This document shows positions 1 through 11,002 of a DNA stretch of 64,000 nucleotides, piece by piece. Where the stretch lies: contig CAYMIH010000001.1 of NCBI GenBank assembly GCA_964390585.1, positions 8,432 to 72,431 of the forward strand. Reading direction: 5' to 3'. The position numbers and the translations under genes were made by a program. Source of the stretch: an uncultured Alistipes sp. (lineage in GTDB: Bacteria; Bacteroidota; Bacteroidia; Bacteroidales; Rikenellaceae). Position 1 is the first letter of the stretch. Each line of letters opens with the position of its first letter. The notes below the pieces were generated by a model. That model was not told the DNA's origin. It did not search any database and was given only the letters and a program-made list of their open reading frames with translations.

Positions 1-21
1 TTTTTATTCGTTCGAACGAGG

Positions 22-29
22 TATATTTG
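22..29 (+). promoter_or_regulatory. Bacteroidota sigma-A -7 box
   Basis: TATATTTG matches TAnnTTTG upstream of the first CDS. Confidence 0.6.
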
Positions 30-98
30 CCGTGCGAAAAACAGCGGCCTGCGCCTTTCGGAACGACCGAAAGAGCCGTACAGCCGCATAGCCCGACT

Positions 99-752
99 AT
101 GAAAGAATCGAAACCGCATATCATAAAGCGTTATGTCGTCGCCACGGCGGGACTGTTCCTCGTCGCGCTCGGGGTGGCGCTGTCGACCCGTTCCGACCTC
201 GGAACCTCGCCCATATCCTGCCCGCCCTATGTACTCAGTCTGTTCGGCGGATTCACGATGGGACAATATACCATATTGATGCACTTCACGTTGATAGCGT
301 TGCAGGCGGCCCTGTTGCGTCGGCGGTTCCGCGCCGTGTTGCTGTTGCAGCTGGTTCCGTCGTTTATGTTCGGATTTTTTACCGACCTTACGATGGCCGC
401 GACGGCGGGATTGCAGGGCGAAACCTATGCATCCCATGTAGCGCTTCTGCTGGCGGGATGCGTCGTCATAGCGACGGGAGTATCGGTGCAGGTCAATGCC
501 GCCGCATGGATGCTGGCGGGCGAGCAGACCGTGGCGGTCATATCGGAGGTGAGCGGCGTGGCGTTCGGCCGCGTGAAGGTCTTTTTCGACTCGTCGCTGG
601 TCGTAATAGGAGTCGTGTTGTCGTTCTGTCTGCTGCACGGCTTGGTGGGGATACGCGAGGGGACGATAGTGTCGGCACTGTCGGTCGGTGCGATAGTCCG
701 CCGTATGCAAGACCCTGTCGGCACGGCGTTGCGGCGGTTGAAGATATTGTGA
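99..752 (+). CDS. YczE/YyaS/YitT-like (DUF6198) integral membrane protein
   Basis: Multi-TM ORF with 'S.LGTSPIS..PYVLS' and 'GIREGT' motifs; ATG at 99 preferred over TTG at 27, which overlaps the promoter box. Confidence 0.75.
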   Translation: MKESKPHIIKRYVVATAGLFLVALGVALSTRSDLGTSPISCPPYVLSLFGGFTMGQYTILMHFTLIALQAALLRRRFRAVLLLQLVPSFMFGFFTDLTMAATAGLQGETYASHVALLLAGCVVIATGVSVQVNAAAWMLAGEQTVAVISEVSGVAFGRVKVFFDSSLVVIGVVLSFCLLHGLVGIREGTIVSALSVGAIVRRMQDPVGTALRRLKIL

Positions 753-782
753 TGATAATTTAACCTAAATACCTGAAGATAA

Positions 783-1874
783 ATGACAAAACGTGTAGTT
801 TTTCTCGATTATGTCCGCGTATTCGCGTGTTTCCTCGTAATGATAGTGCATGCGAGCGAAAATTTTTACGGCGCAGGAGGCTCGTCCGACATGGCGGGAC
901 CGCAATCGTATCTGGCCAACGAGAGCGACCGACTGTGGGTGTCGCTCTACGACGGATTTTCGCGTATGTCGGTGCCTCTGTTCATGATCGTGTCGGCATT
1001 TCTGTTAGTGCCGATGAAGAGGGAGCAGACCTCGTGGCAGTTCTACGCCCGCCGCTTCAAGCGCATACTGCCTCCGCTGGCCTTCTTCATGATCCTTTAC
1101 AGTACCCTGCCGCTACTGTGGGGGCAGATCGATGCGGCGACGTCGGCTCGCGATCTGTCGAGGTTCTTCCTTAACTTCCCCACCGCGGCGGGCCACTTCT
1201 GGTTCATGTATCCTTTGATCGGCCTCTATCTGTTCATTCCCGTCATATCGCCGTGGCTCGAAAAAGCGACTGCACGCGAGGAGCTGTTCTTCATCGGGCT
1301 GTTCCTGCTCTCGACCTGCATACCCTATCTAAACCGCTGGTTCGGCGAGGTGTGGGGGCAGTGCTTCTGGAACGAGTACCACATGCTGTGGAACTTCTCG
1401 GGCTACGTGGGCTACATGGTGCTGGCGCACTACATACGCGTGCATCTCGACTGGAGCCGCGGGAAACGGCTGTGGATCGGCTCCTTGTCTTTGGCGGCGG
1501 GTGCTGCGGCCACCATCGGATCGTTCTACGTGCAGGCCGTCCCTGGCGAGATTCTCGAAACACCCGTGCTGGAGGTGGGATGGGCGTTCTGCACGATCAA
1601 CTGCGTGGCGCTCACGTTCGGTGCGTTCCTGCTCTTCACTTGCATTTCGGCAACCGAGACTCCGAGCATCGTGACCGACATGTCGAAACTCAGCTACGGC
1701 ATGTTCCTCATGCACATATTCTGGCTCGGCATGTGGGTCGGCGTGTTCAAGAACACTTTGGCGCTGCCTACCGCGGCGGCCATACCGAGCATAGCCGTCG
1801 CCACGTTCATAAGCTGCTACGTCACGACCAAGTTGATATCGTTTCTGCCGGGGAGCAAGTGGATCATCGGTTGA
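783..1874 (+). CDS. Acyltransferase family 3 membrane protein
   Basis: 'FLDYVRVFACFLVMIVH', 'VPLFMIVS', 'HFWFMY', 'SYGMFLMH' motifs; about 10 TM segments. Confidence 0.85.
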   Translation: MTKRVVFLDYVRVFACFLVMIVHASENFYGAGGSSDMAGPQSYLANESDRLWVSLYDGFSRMSVPLFMIVSAFLLVPMKREQTSWQFYARRFKRILPPLAFFMILYSTLPLLWGQIDAATSARDLSRFFLNFPTAAGHFWFMYPLIGLYLFIPVISPWLEKATAREELFFIGLFLLSTCIPYLNRWFGEVWGQCFWNEYHMLWNFSGYVGYMVLAHYIRVHLDWSRGKRLWIGSLSLAAGAAATIGSFYVQAVPGEILETPVLEVGWAFCTINCVALTFGAFLLFTCISATETPSIVTDMSKLSYGMFLMHIFWLGMWVGVFKNTLALPTAAAIPSIAVATFISCYVTTKLISFLPGSKWIIG

Positions 1875-1927
1875 TAGGGCGAAAAGATTTTTTTCGGCCC
1901 GTGCATTCGAATTTAGCGATTTTTCAC

Positions 1928-1935
1928 TATTTTTG
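1928..1935 (+). promoter_or_regulatory. -7 box for ssrA
   Basis: TATTTTTG, 12 nt before the mature tmRNA 5' end. Confidence 0.7.
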
Positions 1936-1947
1936 CAGTGTCGGATC

Positions 1948-2347
1948 GGGGGCGACCGGTTTTGACAGCTTGCAGAGTTCGATCGTAAGCACGTCGAGCG
2001 TTGTGTGGTAGCTCGTAAATATCAACACTCGAACTACAAATGGCAATAACAGCTATGCACTCGCTGCCTAATTTTCAAGGAAAATCGGCTTAATCGTCGG
2101 GCCCGAGGAGGTCTGACGACGAGTATCCCGAACGGCTGCTCTGCCCTTTAGCGGCTCGTTCATACGGGGTATCATCAATTTAGGGATAGTGCGGCATGTG
2201 TCTCGGTTGTCGTATGAGATTCAAGGGACTGCGGCAAGGGTCAGGTCGTCCGCGGCCATCCCGCGCAAGAGGATCAATCGCGGAATAAACGTGTAGAAAG
2301 CCTTGGGGCTCCTTGTTTGGACGCGGGTTCGACTCCCGCCGCCTCCA
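1948..2347 (+). ncRNA. ssrA: tmRNA (transfer-messenger RNA)
   Basis: 5' GGGGGCG pairs with CGCCTCC-A (2340-2347) with the G3.U alanine determinant; T-arm GCGGGTTCGACTCCCGC; tag ORF 2042-2071 encodes GNNSYALAA*; CCA is not encoded. Confidence 0.95.
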
Positions 2348-2352
2348 CGAGG

Positions 2353-2390
2353 AAATGCGGTTCGGATTTGTTCGGACCGCATTTTTGTTT
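2353..2390 (+). terminator. Intrinsic terminator after ssrA
   Basis: AAATGCGGTTCGGA/TTCGGACCGCATTT plus T tract. Confidence 0.75.
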
Positions 2391-2397
2391 GAAGTTT

Positions 2398-2495
2398 TCG
2401 ATATCGCATGGCGATATCGACAGTTCGCCGCCGCCCCACGCGGCGGACTGCAACTCGCCTTACGCTCGTGCATGTCCTCCGCCGTCGGCGAACTG
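2398..2495 (-). repeat. Dispersed palindromic element, subfamily A, copy A1
   Basis: Arms CAGTTCGCCG/CGGCGAACTG; shared core; terminal hairpin TCGATATCGC-ATG-GCGATATCGA. Confidence 0.9.
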
Positions 2496-2575
2496 CAGCC
2501 CGTATGCAATATGATATTTGCTCGTCGGGAGTGAATTTTTCTTCCGTCCCTATTGCCCGATTCGCGAAAAATGGT

Positions 2576-2583
2576 TAACTTTG
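2576..2583 (+). promoter_or_regulatory. -7 box for ftsE
   Basis: TAACTTTG. Confidence 0.6.
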
Positions 2584-2643
2584 TAAGTTAATGCAGCCGT
2601 CGTAACGACGGCCGATATCGACCTAACGTAATACCGATAACGG

Positions 2644-3375
2644 ATGGACAGGACGAATAATGTTGTAGAGTTGCGCAATGTCGCCATTTACCACTCCGAC
2701 GGCAATTCGCGCCGCGTGAAGTCGGACGACGAGCTGGTGTTGTCGGACGTGAATCTGACCGTCGCCCCGGGTGAACTTGTCTATTTCATAGGCCGTGTAG
2801 GCAGCGGGAAAAGCACTTTACTCAAAACTTTATATGCCGAGGTTCAACTCCTTGAAGGAGAGGGATACGTTGCAGGTATGGATTTGCGAAGGTTAAGACG
2901 CGGCGACATTCCGCGTCTGCGCCGCAGGATGGGCATCGTGTTTCAGGATTACCAGTTGCTGGACGACCGCAACGCTTTCTTCAATCTCTACGACGTGATG
3001 AAAGCCACGGGGTGGAAAAAGGAGTCCGACATCCGCCGCCGCATCGACGAGGTGCTGTCGGTGGCGGGACTGAGCAACAAGGCCTATAAGATGCCGCACG
3101 AACTGTCGGGCGGCGAGCAGCAGCGTCTGGTCATAGCCCGCGCTCTGCTCAACGCGCCGCGTCTGCTGCTCGCGGACGAACCTACGGGAAATCTCGATCC
3201 CGTGACGGCCGACGGCATAATGCGCCTTTTCAGGGAGATCGCGGCATCGGGCTGCGCCATCATAATGTCGACGCACAACACGGCCCTTATCGAGCAGTTT
3301 CCCGCGCGCACGATTCTCTTTTCGAAAGGCAGGATTACGGAGATCGACATCGAAAAGAGTTTTTCCGCGGAATAG
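2644..3375 (+). CDS. ftsE: Cell division ATP-binding protein FtsE-like ABC ATPase
   Basis: Walker A GRVGSGKS, 'LRRRMGIVFQDYQLL', LSGGEQQR, ADEPTGNLDP. Confidence 0.8.
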   Translation: MDRTNNVVELRNVAIYHSDGNSRRVKSDDELVLSDVNLTVAPGELVYFIGRVGSGKSTLLKTLYAEVQLLEGEGYVAGMDLRRLRRGDIPRLRRRMGIVFQDYQLLDDRNAFFNLYDVMKATGWKKESDIRRRIDEVLSVAGLSNKAYKMPHELSGGEQQRLVIARALLNAPRLLLADEPTGNLDPVTADGIMRLFREIAASGCAIIMSTHNTALIEQFPARTILFSKGRITEIDIEKSFSAE

Positions 3376-3407
3376 CGGCCGCAAGTGCGTGAATCGCGTG
3401 TCGGCGA

Positions 3408-3439
3408 TTTGCAGAAATCGATAAAAAACGTTATTTTTG
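3408..3439 (+). promoter_or_regulatory. -33/-7 promoter for gyrB
   Basis: TTTG (3408-3411), 20 nt spacer, TATTTTTG (3432-3439). Confidence 0.72.
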
Positions 3440-3444
3440 CGTGA

Positions 3445-5445
<2,001 letters not shown>

Positions 5446-5460
5446 ATAATTTATCGATTG

Positions 5461-5493
5461 CGGGGATCGTTCTACGGACGGTCCCCGTTTTTT
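5461..5493 (+). terminator. Intrinsic terminator after gyrB
   Basis: CGGGGATCGT/ACGGTCCCCG plus T6. Confidence 0.7.
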
Positions 5494-5506
5494 AACAGAC
5501 AGAGGC

Positions 5507-6127
5507 ATGAAAGTTACGGTAATAGGTGTTGCGGGAGGAACGGGCTCGGGAAAGAGCACGCTTGTGAAGCGGTTGCAGGATGCATTCGTTCACGACGACG
5601 TGGCGACGCTGTGCCACGACTATTATTACAAGGCGCACGCGGACCTTACGTACGAGGAGCGCACGAAGCTCAATTACGACCATCCTCAGGCATTCGATAC
5701 CGACATGCTGGTGGATCACATAAAGGCGTTGAAAAACAACGTACCCGTAGCGCATCCCGTCTATTCGTTCGTCGATCACAACCGCACCGCCGAAACGGTG
5801 ACCGTGAAACCGTCGAAAGTCATAATCGTCGACGGAATATTGATATTCGAAAACAAGGAGCTGCGCGATTTGATGGACATAAAGGTGTTCGTCGATACCG
5901 ATGCCGATATCCGTCTCGCGCGCCGCATACTGCGCGACGTGTGCGACCGCGGCCGCAGCATGCAGTCGGTGATCGACCAATACATCGGCACGGTAAAGCC
6001 CATGCACGACGAGTTCGTGGAGCCGTCGAAAAAATATGCCGACGTAATCATTCCCGAAGGCGGATTCAACTCGGTGGCCGTCGGCATGTTGATACAGAAC
6101 ATACGTTCGCTGATAGACGAGAAGTAA
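5507..6127 (+). CDS. udk: Uridine kinase
   Basis: 'IGVAGGTGSGKST', 'NYDHPQAFD', 'FVEPSKKYADVIIP'. Confidence 0.93.
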   Translation: MKVTVIGVAGGTGSGKSTLVKRLQDAFVHDDVATLCHDYYYKAHADLTYEERTKLNYDHPQAFDTDMLVDHIKALKNNVPVAHPVYSFVDHNRTAETVTVKPSKVIIVDGILIFENKELRDLMDIKVFVDTDADIRLARRILRDVCDRGRSMQSVIDQYIGTVKPMHDEFVEPSKKYADVIIPEGGFNSVAVGMLIQNIRSLIDEK

Positions 6128-6152
6128 ATCTCCGCAGCGTTTCCAAGAAACG

Positions 6153-6195
6153 ATCCCCGCCGATGACAGAGCGTCGGTGGGGATTCCTTGTTTTT
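6153..6195 (+). terminator. Terminator after udk
   Basis: ATCCCCGCCGATG/CGTCGGTGGGGAT plus T-rich tail. Confidence 0.6.
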
Positions 6196-6199
6196 ATCT

Positions 6200-6297
6200 G
6201 CTGTTCGCCGACGGCGGAGGACGCATGCGAGCGTGGAGCGAGTTGCAGTCCGCCGCGTGGGGCGGCGGCGAACTGCCGACCTCGCGTCGCGAGGTCG
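6200..6297 (+). repeat. Dispersed palindromic element, subfamily A, copy A2
   Basis: GCTGTTCGCCGACGGCGGAGGACGC...GCGAGTTGCAGTCCGCCGCGTGGGGCGGCGGCGAACTGC plus hairpin CGACCTCGCG-T-CGCGAGGTCG. Confidence 0.9.
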
Positions 6298-6302
6298 AAT
6301 AC

Positions 6303-8972
6303 TTATATCCCCGCTATCTTCTTTATCTCGTTCAGTTTGTTGAGCGCTTCTATGGGAGTCAGCGAATTGATGTCGAGGCCCTTTATCTGGTCGCGTATCT
6401 GAATCAAAACGGGATCTTCCAGCTGGAACATCGAGAGTTGCAGACTGCCTTTTTCCGCCACGTCGGCCACCTGCTTGGCCGACGGCCGGCGACTCTTGCG
6501 CCGCTGCGCCGGCTCTTTCGAGGCCACTATCTCGTTGTCGCCGTAAACCGTTTCCAGATTGCCCAGAATCTCCGTCGCACGCGACACTATACTCTGCGGC
6601 ATTCCCGCCATGCGTGCCACATGTATACCGAACGAGTGTTCGGTACCGCCGCGGGCCAGTTTGCGCAGGAACACTATGGTGTTGTCGATCTCGCGGACCG
6701 CCACATGGTAGTTCTTCACGCGCGCGAACAGCTGCTCCATTTCGTTCAGCTCGTGGTAATGCGTGGCGAAGAGCGTCTTGGCGTGTGCCGTCGGATGGTT
6801 GTGGATATACTCCACCATCGCCCATGCTATCGAGATGCCGTCGTAGGTGCTGGTGCCGCGACCTATCTCGTCGAGCAGAATCAAGCTGCGGTCCGAAAGA
6901 TTGTTCAGGATGCTCGCCGACTCCAGCATCTCGACCATGAATGTCGATTCGCCCTGCGAGATGTTGTCGGAGGCTCCCACGCGGGTGAATATCTTGTCCA
7001 CCACACCTATGTGCGCCGATTCGGCGGGTACGAACGACCCCATCTGCGCCATTAGTATTATGAGCGCCGTCTGCCGCAGCAGGGCCGATTTACCCGACAT
7101 ATTGGGACCTGTGATCATCATGATCTGCTGGTCCTCGTCGTTCAAAAGCACGTCGTTGGGGATGTACTCCTCTCCCACCGCCAGCAGACGCTCTATGACG
7201 GGGTGACGGCCGTTGCGGATGTCTATGACACTGCCGTTGTCGAGCAGGGGACGGACATAGCGGCACTCGCACGCCATGCGGGCGAACGATTGCAGGCAGT
7301 CGATGCGCGCCACGGCGGCGGCATCGCGCAGGATCACGCGCAACTGCCCCGCTACGTATTGAACCAAAGCCGTGTATATTTCGAATTCGAGCGCCAAAAT
7401 ACGGTCCTGCGCACCGAGGATCTTCTCCTCGTACTCCTTCAACTCCTCGGTGATGTAGCGCTCGGCGTTGGCCAAGGTCTGCTTGCGGATCCACGATTCG
7501 GGCACCTTATCCTTGTGCGTGTTGCGCACCTCGATGTAGTAGCCGAATACGTTGTTGTAGCTGATTTTGAGCGACGGAATCCCCGTCGCCTCAGTCTCGC
7601 GTTGCAGTATCTGCTGCAACACGTCCTTGCCATGCAGGGCTATGCGGCGCAGGTCGTCCAACTCGGCCGACACGCCGTCGGCTATGACTCCGCCTTTCTG
7701 AATCTGGTTGTTGGCGGGATCGGGATAGATCTCGCGGGCCAGTCGGTCGCGTATCTCCGTCGCGGGATCGATCTGCTCCGCTATTTCGTGCAGGCGCTCG
7801 TCGTCAGTCGACTCCAGCAGGGCCTTGAGCGTCTCCACGGCCGTGAGCGACGATTTGAGCTGCACCAGCTCACGCGGCAAAACGCGCCCCGCAGCTATGC
7901 GCGACGATATGCGCTCCAGATCGCCTATCGACGATATCTGCTCGCGCAGCGCCTCGGCCAGATCGGCGTCGGTCGCCAGACGCTCCACTACGTCCTGACG
8001 CCGCTTGATACGCTCGACGTCGACGAGCGGCATGGCTATCCAACGTTTCAGCAGACGGCCGCCCATCGACGTAAGCGTGCGGTCGATCACGTCGGCGAAG
8101 CAGCTCTTGTCATGCGATCCGTTCGACGAGAAGAGCTCCAGATTGCGTATCGAGAACTTGTCGACCCATACGTAATCGTTCCGATCGATGCGCGAGATGG
8201 AGGTGATGTGCGATATCTCGCGGTGCTCGGTGAACTCCAGATAATAGAGTATAGCGCCCGCGGCGGCTATGCCCTCGGTCATGTTCTGCACGCCGAAGCC
8301 TTTCAACGACTTGGTGCCGAACTGCTTGCAGAGCTTGTCCTTGTTGATGTCCGCCGAGAACACCCAATCGTCGAGACGATAGGTATAGTATCGGTTGCCG
8401 AATGCCGAATCGAAACGGTCCTCGTATCCGCGCTGGTAGATGATCTCCTTAGGCGAGAGGTTCGACAGTAGCTTATCCACATACAGATCGTCGCCCTGAG
8501 CCATGTAGAACTCGCCCGTCGATATGTCGAGAAAGGCCACGCCCGTGGTTTTCGCGCCGAAAAAGACCGATCCGAGGAACGAGTTTTCCTTATTGGGCAG
8601 CACGTTGTTGTCGCCCAGCACCACGCCCGGGGTAACCAGCTCTATGACACCGCGTTTGACCAGACCTTTGACGGTCTTGGGGTCTTCGAGCTGCTCGCAC
8701 ACGGCGACGCGTTCGCCCGCCCTCACCAGCTTGGGCATGTAGACGTCGAGCGCATGATAAGGGAATCCCGCCAACTCGACATACGACGCGGCACCGTTTG
8801 CCCGCCGCGTGAGCGTTATGCCGAGGATCGAACTCGCCTTGATGGCGTCGTCGCCGAAAGTTTCATAAAAATCTCCCACACGAAACAGCAATATCGCATC
8901 GGGATGAACCGCCTTGATAGAGTAATATTGCTTCATCAAAGGCGTCTCCACGTATTTCTTCTCAATAGCCAT
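6303..8972 (-). CDS. mutS: DNA mismatch repair protein MutS
   Basis: 'TPLMKQY', 'GDFYETF', 'TGPNMSGKS', 'GESTFMVEM', 'DEIGRGTST'; start placed at ATG 8972. Confidence 0.97.
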   Translation of the reverse strand: MAIEKKYVETPLMKQYYSIKAVHPDAILLFRVGDFYETFGDDAIKASSILGITLTRRANGAASYVELAGFPYHALDVYMPKLVRAGERVAVCEQLEDPKTVKGLVKRGVIELVTPGVVLGDNNVLPNKENSFLGSVFFGAKTTGVAFLDISTGEFYMAQGDDLYVDKLLSNLSPKEIIYQRGYEDRFDSAFGNRYYTYRLDDWVFSADINKDKLCKQFGTKSLKGFGVQNMTEGIAAAGAILYYLEFTEHREISHITSISRIDRNDYVWVDKFSIRNLELFSSNGSHDKSCFADVIDRTLTSMGGRLLKRWIAMPLVDVERIKRRQDVVERLATDADLAEALREQISSIGDLERISSRIAAGRVLPRELVQLKSSLTAVETLKALLESTDDERLHEIAEQIDPATEIRDRLAREIYPDPANNQIQKGGVIADGVSAELDDLRRIALHGKDVLQQILQRETEATGIPSLKISYNNVFGYYIEVRNTHKDKVPESWIRKQTLANAERYITEELKEYEEKILGAQDRILALEFEIYTALVQYVAGQLRVILRDAAAVARIDCLQSFARMACECRYVRPLLDNGSVIDIRNGRHPVIERLLAVGEEYIPNDVLLNDEDQQIMMITGPNMSGKSALLRQTALIILMAQMGSFVPAESAHIGVVDKIFTRVGASDNISQGESTFMVEMLESASILNNLSDRSLILLDEIGRGTSTYDGISIAWAMVEYIHNHPTAHAKTLFATHYHELNEMEQLFARVKNYHVAVREIDNTIVFLRKLARGGTEHSFGIHVARMAGMPQSIVSRATEILGNLETVYGDNEIVASKEPAQRRKSRRPSAKQVADVAEKGSLQLSMFQLEDPVLIQIRDQIKGLDINSLTPIEALNKLNEIKKIAGI

Positions 8973-8991
8973 TCTCCCAGTTTTTAGTGAG

Positions 8992-8999
8992 CAAATATA
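8992..8999 (-). promoter_or_regulatory. -7 box for mutS
   Basis: TATATTTG on the minus strand. Confidence 0.62.
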
Positions 9000-9099
9000 C
9001 AAATAAAAGTTGGAAAAACGAGCGGGAAGATGACAACATCGGGCACGAAACGGCGCGCAGCCGCGCCTGTGGGGGCATGCGGACCGCGTGCGACGAAGG

Positions 9100-9735
9100 C
9101 TATTTCACGCGTATGACGTTGATTCCGTCGCGCAGCGGGAGTATGACGTTCTCCACTCTGTCGTCCTCGGCCACCATGCGGTTGAATTCGATAAGCGCCT
9201 GCGTATGTCGGTCGTTGTGCGCCACGGGCTGCACGATCTTGCCATACCACAGGATGTTGTCGGCCAGCATCACCGAACCGCTGCGGACCAGCCCGCCGTC
9301 CACCAGCATGCGGTAATAATCGGGGTATTCGCGCTTGTCGCCGTCGATGAATACCATGTCGAACCGCTTGCCGAGCCGCGGAGCTATATCCAGCGCCGAA
9401 CCGACGTGCAGGCGTATTTTATGCCCGTGGGGCGAGCGGTCGAAAAACGATTGCGCCAAGGGTTGCAGTTCGTCGTCGGGCTCGCAGGTGTCGACCGTGC
9501 CGCCCTCCTCCAGCCCCGCGGCCATGCAAAGCGCCGAATATCCCGTGAAAGTCCCTATCTCCAGAATGTCGTGCGGACGGAACATCTTCACCAGCAATTC
9601 GAGCAGTTTGCCCTGAATATGGCCCGACACCATGCGCGGGTTCAGCACTTGCAGATGGGTTTGGCGGTCCAGCTCCGTGAGCAGCGGATCCTCGGGCGAG
9701 GAGTGCAGATGAACGTATTTTTCGAGTAAATCCAT
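9100..9735 (-). CDS. SAM-dependent O-methyltransferase (Methyltransf_3)
   Basis: '[12 protein letters not shown]', '[10 protein letters not shown]', 'ADNILWYG', 'LPLRDG'. Confidence 0.88.
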   Translation of the reverse strand: MDLLEKYVHLHSSPEDPLLTELDRQTHLQVLNPRMVSGHIQGKLLELLVKMFRPHDILEIGTFTGYSALCMAAGLEEGGTVDTCEPDDELQPLAQSFFDRSPHGHKIRLHVGSALDIAPRLGKRFDMVFIDGDKREYPDYYRMLVDGGLVRSGSVMLADNILWYGKIVQPVAHNDRHTQALIEFNRMVAEDDRVENVILPLRDGINVIRVK

Positions 9736-9750
9736 GTCAGGTTGTTTTTT

Positions 9751-9780
9751 CGACGATATCGGCAGTTCGCCGACAGCGGG
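9751..9780. repeat. Fragment of subfamily A element
   Basis: CGACGATATCGGCAGTTCGCCGACAGCGG matches the A arm and a mini terminal hairpin. Confidence 0.65.
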
Positions 9781-9783
9781 CCC

Positions 9784-11001
9784 CTACTTATATATCAATG
9801 TCGACATGCGGGAGAACACCTCTTCGGCCGCCTCGACGATCCGTTCGGCCGTCACGGCCGCTACTTTCTTGTATACCTCCTCCATCGTATCGATCTCGTC
9901 GTGCACCAGAAAACTCTTTCCCGCACCGAGCATGTAGCCTTCGTTGCTCTCCATCGATATGGCCATCTGCGCCAGAAACTGACGTTTGGCCATCGACAGC
10001 TGACGCGGCGTGAGCTTCGTGCGGCGCAGGAGGGCGAGTTCGCGATCGACGAGCTCGCGGCAATGGTCGGCGTTGGAGTGTTCGGAACTGAAATATATCG
10101 CCGCCAAACCGCAATCGTTGTAGGGCGTGTATGAAGCCTCGATGTTGTACGACAATCCGTTTTTCTCGCGCAGCGACACGTTCAGACGCGAGTTGGCCGA
10201 GGGGCCGCCGAGAATGTTCACTAACAGTGCCAGCGGCAATCGCCGCTCGTCGTTGATGTCGTAGGCGCGTGCTCCCGTGACGCAGTGCACCTGATGGGTA
10301 TGCTTGTTCACCGTCTTGTCGAACGCGGACACCGCCGAAGGGGCCGTGCGTCGAAACGTGCGCGCGGTGGCGGGATATCGGGCGAAATACTTCTCGGCGA
10401 CTCCCTGCACGCTCTTTACCGACATGCTACCGATGGACGAGAAGACCATTTGGTCGGTAGTGTAGGTGCGGCCCACGAATCCGCGCACCGCTTCGGTGTC
10501 GTATCGCGCGATGGACGATTTGGTGCCGAGGATGTTGTGCCCCAGCTCCGAATCGGCGAAGATCATCTCCTCGAAGGTGTCGAATATCATGTCGGCGGGC
10601 GAATCCTTGCAGGTGTTGATCTCATCGACAATCACTTCGCGCTCTTTCGCCAACTCGCGTTCGGGAAACGCGGAATTGAAAGCCACGTCGGCGATGAGTT
10701 CCGCAGCCTTGGCGAAGTCGCCGCGCAGCGTGGTGGCGTGTATCGTGGTGTCCTCCTTGGTGGTGTAGGCGTTGAGCTCGCCGCCGAGGTTCTCCAGACG
10801 GCAATTCACCTGAAAGGCCTTGCGGCGTGCGGTGCCCTTGAATATGGCATGTTCGGTGAAGTGCGCCAGTCCGTACTGATCGGGCAGCTCGTCGCGGCAT
10901 CCCGCATTCACCACCAGCGCGCAGTGCGCTACCCCGCTCTTCACCTGACGGTGTATGCCCCTTATGCCGTTGGGCAGCGTATATGTGTAAAACTCCTTCA
11001 T
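9784..11001 (-). CDS. M16 family zinc peptidase
   Basis: Inverted zinc motif HFTEH, 'FKGT', 'GGELNAYT', 'LREKNGLSY'. Confidence 0.9.
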   Translation of the reverse strand: MKEFYTYTLPNGIRGIHRQVKSGVAHCALVVNAGCRDELPDQYGLAHFTEHAIFKGTARRKAFQVNCRLENLGGELNAYTTKEDTTIHATTLRGDFAKAAELIADVAFNSAFPERELAKEREVIVDEINTCKDSPADMIFDTFEEMIFADSELGHNILGTKSSIARYDTEAVRGFVGRTYTTDQMVFSSIGSMSVKSVQGVAEKYFARYPATARTFRRTAPSAVSAFDKTVNKHTHQVHCVTGARAYDINDERRLPLALLVNILGGPSANSRLNVSLREKNGLSYNIEASYTPYNDCGLAAIYFSSEHSNADHCRELVDRELALLRRTKLTPRQLSMAKRQFLAQMAISMESNEGYMLGAGKSFLVHDEIDTMEEVYKKVAAVTAERIVEAAEEVFSRMSTLIYK

Positions 11002-11002
11002 C

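Noticed and set aside
2320-2400. ssrA 3' end as an occupied integration site
   Set aside because: No integrase downstream and no duplicated tmRNA 3' end found in the window; ftsE-gyrB follow directly.
9050-9096. GC-rich stretches at 9050-9096 and 49453-49495 as further repeat copies
   Set aside because: They share only CGGACCGCG with each other and lack the A/B core; too weak to call.
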